Shown: piece after piece, positions 58,865 through 64,000 of the stretch
Position numbering within the stretch: position 1 is the stretch's first letter
Layout of the letters: each line of letters starts with the position of its first letter
Assembly (NCBI GenBank): GCA_031272405.1
Contig: JAISTW010000020.1
Location: 7,970-71,969, forward strand
Source of the DNA: Desulfovibrio sp.
GTDB lineage: Bacteria; Desulfobacterota; Desulfovibrionia; Desulfovibrionales; Desulfovibrionaceae
Direction: 5' to 3'
Length of the DNA stretch: 64,000 bases
The notes under the pieces: generated by a model
The model's database searches: none
What the model was told of the DNA's origin: nothing
Seen by the model: the letters and a program-made list of their open reading frames with translations, nothing else
Made by a program: the position numbers and the translations under genes

Positions 58865-60247
58865 ATGGGGTTCGCAGATTTTCAGGAAAAGCAGCGCTTG
58901 AACAAGCAAAAGAGCGTCGTCAGGGATTATTTCACCAAACGCAACGGCCAGGCGCTGTGTCTGTCCGACGACGCGACGTTCCTCATGCTCTTGCGCAACG
59001 TCATCAAGGAACTCGGCGTGGCCAAATCAGACCTGTTCGTCCAGATCCCGGACGCGGGCAAGGCGCTCAAGGCGGTGACCGAATCCCTTGATCTCGGCAA
59101 ATCGCCCGTGCTTTTCATTGAGCGCGTTCTCAACGATACCGGGGACACGAGTTTTCTGATCAGGCAATTCAAAGATTCCTTCCCCACGCTGAAAATCATC
59201 GTTCTGACGACAACCGTGGACAGAGACCGAATCATGCTCCTTCACGAGTCGGGCATCGACAATTTTGTTCTGAAACCCCTGAGCAACAACGACCTCATTG
59301 ACAAAATGTCCGTTACCCTGCGGGAGCCGGGCATAGTGCAACAACTTCTGGAAAAGGCCCGTACCTTCATCACGAAAAACGCCGGCGGCGAAGCCATGAA
59401 AATCAGCGCCAAGGTGCTTGAGGTCAAGCCGGACAGCGCCACAGGGTACGTTGTCATGGGCGATGCCCTGCGCATCTCCGGAAACAGGGACAAGGCCCAG
59501 CTTGCCTACGAGCGGGCGACCAAATATTCCGACGTCTATCTGGAGCCGCTGCAGAGGCTGGCCGACCTGGCCAAGGAAGACGACAACAAGGAAGCGGAAT
59601 TGGAGTACCTGAAGCGCCTTGACTCCATCTCGCCGCTGAACGCGCAACGCAAGGTGGAAATGGGCGCGCTTCAGGCGGCGCTCGGCAATACGGACGCGGC
59701 CACGCAGCTTTTTGACACGGCCGTCTCCAGAGCCTACAAGGACGCCATTGCCCAGGTGGCGTCCATGGCTGAGAAAATCGCCGCGACTTTGCAGGACGTC
59801 AACCCCGCGCAGGCGGAAAAATATCTGCGCCAGTGTCTGGACATGAAGGGCGACGACCTGACGGTGGACGATCTGGCCACATTCAACCAGTTGGGGCTCA
59901 GTTTGCGCAAGCAGGGGCGCTGGCAGGACGCCGTGACGGAATATAAAAGGGCGCTGAAAATAGCTCCCAAGGCCGAAGGGCTCTTTTACAACATAGGCAT
60001 GGCCTACGCCGAGGGCAAGGACTACGAAACCGCCGTCAGAAGCATGCAGAAGGCCCTTTCACTCAACCCCAACCTTCCGCTCAGCTCGGCGACGGTGGCC
60101 TATAACATGGGCATGGTGTTTTCACTGGGATTCACGCGTGACAAGGCTATGCAATGCTTTGAAGCTGCCCTTGAGATTGATCCCGGCCACGAGGGAGCCC
60201 AAAAAGCACTGGCGAAGCTCAAGGAAAACGCGGAGCAGACGGGATAG
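58865..60247 (+). CDS. Receiver-like domain plus TPR repeat protein
   Basis: N-terminal REC-like fold (LSDD...FIER...VLT...VLKP) and C-terminal TPRs (FNQLGLSLRKQG, YNIGMAY). Confidence 0.8.
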   Translation: MGFADFQEKQRLNKQKSVVRDYFTKRNGQALCLSDDATFLMLLRNVIKELGVAKSDLFVQIPDAGKALKAVTESLDLGKSPVLFIERVLNDTGDTSFLIRQFKDSFPTLKIIVLTTTVDRDRIMLLHESGIDNFVLKPLSNNDLIDKMSVTLREPGIVQQLLEKARTFITKNAGGEAMKISAKVLEVKPDSATGYVVMGDALRISGNRDKAQLAYERATKYSDVYLEPLQRLADLAKEDDNKEAELEYLKRLDSISPLNAQRKVEMGALQAALGNTDAATQLFDTAVSRAYKDAIAQVASMAEKIAATLQDVNPAQAEKYLRQCLDMKGDDLTVDDLATFNQLGLSLRKQGRWQDAVTEYKRALKIAPKAEGLFYNIGMAYAEGKDYETAVRSMQKALSLNPNLPLSSATVAYNMGMVFSLGFTRDKAMQCFEAALEIDPGHEGAQKALAKLKENAEQTG

Positions 60248-60291
60248 GTCGAAGGCGGATCGGACAAAAGACAGAAAGGAGGTCGCCTTTG

Positions 60292-60510
60292 TCAGGCGGC
60301 GCGCTGATCCTGCACGCGCAAAAACGCGATTTCGTCGCACAGCCGCTGCACGGTCCGCTGAAGGCTCAGGGCGTGGAGCAACGCCTCCTTGACGTCTTTT
60401 CCGTCGCAGACGCAGGTTGTGTCCGGCATCGCGTATTGACTAGGACTGTATGTGACGAAATCCGAGTGTTCGGCTGACAGGATGGCGAAAAATTCTTCAA
60501 TGCGGCTCAT
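60292..60510 (-). CDS. Hypothetical protein
   Basis: GGAGG RBS before MSRIEEFF; about 72 aa. Confidence 0.5.
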   Translation of the reverse strand: MSRIEEFFAILSAEHSDFVTYSPSQYAMPDTTCVCDGKDVKEALLHALSLQRTVQRLCDEIAFLRVQDQRAA

Positions 60511-60606
60511 GCTTCCTCCGGCGTCCGTGTGGACTTTGCGGGTATACAATGTTCAACGGACTGCCGCGGAAAAACTTTAGACCATTTCACGAAAAACTTG
60601 ATGATG

Positions 60607-60948
60607 TCAGGCGTTGCAATGCAAGAGCTTCAACTGGGGCAGAATGGGCTTCAGACCGGCGTAGATGCCTCCCAGGGCATTGAGCGTCTGCTCGGAGACC
60701 CACTGTTCGTCGGGATAGCCTGGCATTTTTTGTTTCCGGAGACGGATCAGACCGACTCTCTGCCGCGCGATGACCTGACGCAAGGCGTCCAGTTCCCTTT
60801 CCAGAGCTTCCAGATCATCGCCGCTTTCTCCAGCGACGAGAGAGTGTTCCAACTTCGGTGTCCTGGACGCACATCTTCCCGAAACAAAACAAACTTCCTT
60901 TTCCATGCTGAACAGGGCGTCTTTGAGAACACGTTCACGTTTCGTCAT
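60607..60948 (-). CDS. Hypothetical protein
   Basis: AAGGGGG RBS; 113-aa helical sequence. Confidence 0.55.
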   Translation of the reverse strand: MTKRERVLKDALFSMEKEVCFVSGRCASRTPKLEHSLVAGESGDDLEALERELDALRQVIARQRVGLIRLRKQKMPGYPDEQWVSEQTLNALGGIYAGLKPILPQLKLLHCNA

Positions 60949-61314
60949 GATTTCCCCCTTTCGGCTGTTTCTCCGGTTACGGCCACAGACGACGGAATAA
61001 ATGTTATGCGTTTTTCTAGCTTTTGTCTAGACTTTTTCAACAGTCAATGCATAAATTTTAAAAAAAAGGAGACGCGTTCCGGCACAGGTCGAAATTACCT
61101 CCACCAAGCCACTTTACATTAATAGAAGAATTGCGTTATACGGAAAGGAATGTGTGGAAAAAATCCGGTAATAGCGGATTGGGCGGCATCTCCGATGTTT
61201 GCGCAGCAAGGCACCTGCAACAGGAATGGTCGTTCGGGCATCACGACATTTTGTCTGCACCCCGAAGGTGATTCATGCTTTTTTTTACTCTAGATACGAC
61301 TGCACGCCGAGCGG

Positions 61315-61737
61315 TTGCTGGTAATGGCCACCTCGTTCTCTGAAGAATACCTCGGGGGATCAAGGTCCGTGGGCGATGTGAAATACCTCAAGGTGCTCGA
61401 CGGAATCATTGAAAAACTCACTTTCCTGACCCTGGACGGGAAGATAATCTGGTTTCTGGACGGCAAGGAGGCCATTGTCGGCAACAATTTCAGGCAACGC
61501 TGTTATATGGAGACGAAGGTCAACGACCATGCCATCATCATACGCTATTACATGGATATCGCCGGCGGCGCGAAATTCACCATGTATATTGATGACGAGG
61601 AATACAAGCTCACCATAGAACAGTATCACAGCATTCTCAACGCGGTGAACAAAAAAATGAAGCAGGACACGAAACTGATCGAATTTTTCAGTTTGCTGCA
61701 GGATCTCACTTCCAATGAAAACGAGCTGCCCTGGTAG
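61315..61737 (+). CDS. Hypothetical protein (start uncertain)
   Basis: 140-aa ORF with protein-like composition in an AT-richer stretch; no recognised motif. Confidence 0.5.
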   Translation: MLVMATSFSEEYLGGSRSVGDVKYLKVLDGIIEKLTFLTLDGKIIWFLDGKEAIVGNNFRQRCYMETKVNDHAIIIRYYMDIAGGAKFTMYIDDEEYKLTIEQYHSILNAVNKKMKQDTKLIEFFSLLQDLTSNENELPW

Positions 61738-61927
61738 CCTGTTTGATCGCCCATCCGGGCATTAGCCCGACCTTCTGAGAAAAACGCCTTTCCCCTTCAT
61801 GGCATGAAATATGCTATGCCCTGCCCAAGGCCAGGCGCACTTCACGGCAATCAGCGAAAAAGCGGCCATGTGGGCCTTCTGCCGCCTTGCCGGCACGGTG
61901 TCGAATTTTTGACGAAACGGGGAAATT

Positions 61928-64000
61928 GTGACCAAAACGCAAAAAGCCTATCAGGCGAACAAGACAGAAGAACCGGCTCCGCCCCTGCGGAGGGCTCTGC
62001 TGCCGCCTCTCGTCTTCATGGCCGCGCTGGCCTTGCTGGTCGCCGTTTTCTATGACTCCGGGCACACCACGTCAGGACGACGCGCGCAAGCTGAAAAAAC
62101 CGCCGTTTCCGTCACCCAGCGCTACAATCAGGCGAAAAAAACGGCCTTCAGCCTGGCCCGCGAAAACGCGCGCCCGTATGCGCCGCAAACCTGGGAGAAG
62201 CTGGCCGCGGAATTCAAGGCCATCTACGAGGAATATCCGCAATGGCCCAACAGACCCGCCGCGCTGTTTCGCATGGCAAAAAGCCTGGAGGAAATGGCCC
62301 GGCGCTCCGCCGACGCCGGGGACGCCCGGCGGGCCGTCGCCCGCTATGAAGAGTTGGCTTCAACCCATCCCGAAAGCTGCCTCGCCGACGACGCCCTGTA
62401 CAACGCGGCCCGCATTCAGGCCGTGCTGCTCAAGGACGACGACGCGGCCCTGGCCCTTGTGGCACTGCTGAAACAACGCCATCCACGCGGTGATATGCTT
62501 CCCGATGCGCTTGCCCTGGAAAAAAGACTTGTCCATGGCAAGACGTCCGCGCAAGCCATGACCCCCGGCAAGCCGGAAGCGCTGAAACAGAACGCGCCGA
62601 TTGTCGCCGGGGACGCCGCCCCGAAAATCGCGCCGAAAACCGAAACCAGGTCTGAAAAAACCGCACAAATGCCGAAGCGCGAGGGAAAGCCAGAAGCTCG
62701 GCCTGCCACCGCTCCCGCCGCGCCCGTCACGACATCAGAACCTGATCCCGAAAAATTCACTCCACCCCCCGGAATAGAGGACACGTCGGCGCGGTCGGCG
62801 GCCGCCCCGCGGCAAGCAGAGCTGGCAAAGACTGGAAAGGACAAAACAGCCGCGCGGCAGGCCCTCGCGCAAATTGTCCCCCAAAGCGGGGGGGAGGTTG
62901 AGCTGCAATCCGGACGGAAAGCCGAAACGGAATTTGTGAAATTGATCCCCGCGCAAAAACGGGAATCCAAGCCTGCCGCGACATCCGCCGAGGCCATCAG
63001 CCTCAGGCCGTCCTCCGGCGCCTTGCCCGTCCCCGAACTTCCCCCGCTCCCTCTGCTCCCGTTGGCGGCCGCCCACAGTGAACGCGCCAAAGCCGCGTCC
63101 GGCAAAACCGCCGGAAACGATATGTCCGGCATTTCCGACAAGACGGAAACGGAACAAACTTCGGCCGCGCCGCGCGTTGACAAGCGAACGGCGCTTGCTG
63201 TCCCGCCGAATGAAGACAGGTTGCCTTCGATGCCGCGCATCGCGGATATAAAGCCTCTCCGGATCCGGCTCGCCGCGGCGGCCCAACCGCGGCCCTCGCG
63301 CGTTCCTCCGACCAGAGCGGACATCCGCGCTCTCGCCATGAAAAATATGGCCGGGCAACTTGGCTTGACCGTGGGCAAAATTTTCATAGACGCCGGGCAC
63401 GGCGGCAAGGATCCAGGCGCATCCGCTCACTCGCTGACCGAACGCGACATTACTTTGGACATCGCCCTTGCACTTGGCCGTATTCTGGAAACCAACGGAT
63501 TTGAAGTCCTGCACAGCCGCTCCGGCGACATTGGGATGCCCTTGGGGGAACGCGCCACAAGGGCCAATGAGGCCATGGCGGATCTGTTCGTCTCCCTGCA
63601 CGTCAACGCCAACCCGACGCCTTCCATCAACGGATTTGAAACCTACTACCTGAATTTCGCATCCAGCCCGGACGCAGCCCGCGTGGCCGCCCTGGAAAAC
63701 GCCGTGGGCGGCCAACGCCTGGGCGAAATGCAACGCCTGATGGGCGAAGTCCTGCTGAACGCCCGTGTGGACGAATCCCGCAGACTCGCCGGAGATATAC
63801 AGCGGCAGGTCGTCAAACGCATCAAGGCCGAAAATTTCAGCGTCAGAGACAACGGCGTAAAAAGCGCGCCCTTTCATGTGCTCATTGGCGCACGCATGCC
63901 GGCTGTGTTGGTGGAATTGGGCTACTGCACCAACAAGTCCGAAGCGGCCCGACTTGCCGACCCCGTCTATCGCCGCCTGCTGGCCGAGGGACTGGCGGAG
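61928..64000 (+). CDS. N-acetylmuramoyl-L-alanine amidase (AmiC-like) with TPR-like N-terminus and long Pro/Ala linker; 3' end runs off the window
   Basis: Not in the ORF track because there is no stop. GTG 61928 is in frame with IFIDAGHGGKDPGA, ER, ADLFVSLHVNA, GFETYY, PAVLVELGY. Confidence 0.88.
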   Translation, partial: MTKTQKAYQANKTEEPAPPLRRALLPPLVFMAALALLVAVFYDSGHTTSGRRAQAEKTAVSVTQRYNQAKKTAFSLARENARPYAPQTWEKLAAEFKAIYEEYPQWPNRPAALFRMAKSLEEMARRSADAGDARRAVARYEELASTHPESCLADDALYNAARIQAVLLKDDDAALALVALLKQRHPRGDMLPDALALEKRLVHGKTSAQAMTPGKPEALKQNAPIVAGDAAPKIAPKTETRSEKTAQMPKREGKPEARPATAPAAPVTTSEPDPEKFTPPPGIEDTSARSAAAPRQAELAKTGKDKTAARQALAQIVPQSGGEVELQSGRKAETEFVKLIPAQKRESKPAATSAEAISLRPSSGALPVPELPPLPLLPLAAAHSERAKAASGKTAGNDMSGISDKTETEQTSAAPRVDKRTALAVPPNEDRLPSMPRIADIKPLRIRLAAAAQPRPSRVPPTRADIRALAMKNMAGQLGLTVGKIFIDAGHGGKDPGASAHSLTERDITLDIALALGRILETNGFEVLHSRSGDIGMPLGERATRANEAMADLFVSLHVNANPTPSINGFETYYLNFASSPDAARVAALENAVGGQRLGEMQRLMGEVLLNARVDESRRLAGDIQRQVVKRIKAENFSVRDNGVKSAPFHVLIGARMPAVLVELGYCTNKSEAARLADPVYRRLLAEGLAE

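Noticed and set aside
60576-60595. Rex-like half site TTTAGACCATTTCACGAA
   Set aside because: Only one good half-site, upstream of a hypothetical gene; cannot be supported.
1-64000. CRISPR arrays, rRNA genes, intact IS elements, integrase
   Set aside because: None seen: no regularly spaced repeats and no transposase or recombinase motifs.

Overview
GC-rich chromosomal segment of a Desulfovibrio-type sulfate reducer (type I cytochrome c3, nine-haem cytochrome Nhc complex, selenocysteine formate dehydrogenase). Core genes are glycosyltransferases, split glutamate synthase, dapL/dapF, rpsF-rpsR-rplI-dnaB, metG, uppP, an fdh operon, pyrK/pyrD and an amidase. There are two accessory regions. (1) About 25.1-41.5 kb is a sigma54-controlled glycyl radical enzyme (GRE) locus in two convergent operons. 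The GRE has an atypical Cys loop (GCVGTG). It is followed by two tandem 93-aa HesB/ErpA-like genes that the ORF track misses because each has an in-frame TGA at codon 37 followed by an identical SECIS-like hairpin (predicted selenoproteins), then a Cys-rich third paralogue and a TPR protein. On the opposite strand lie the activase, a Tat-exported TRAP transporter lacking the usual carboxylate-binding Arg, an MFS transporter and DUF4037/DUF4125-like genes. (2) About 45.9-56.5 kb is a decayed island downstream of tRNA-Lys. It carries a repeat-flanked YafQ/DinJ toxin-antitoxin module, a type I restriction-modification system whose HsdM has an N-terminal HTH and a palindromic operator, prophage tail remnants with an intact -1 frameshift site, and a short RTX protein. 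All family assignments are from motif recognition only; no database searches were run.
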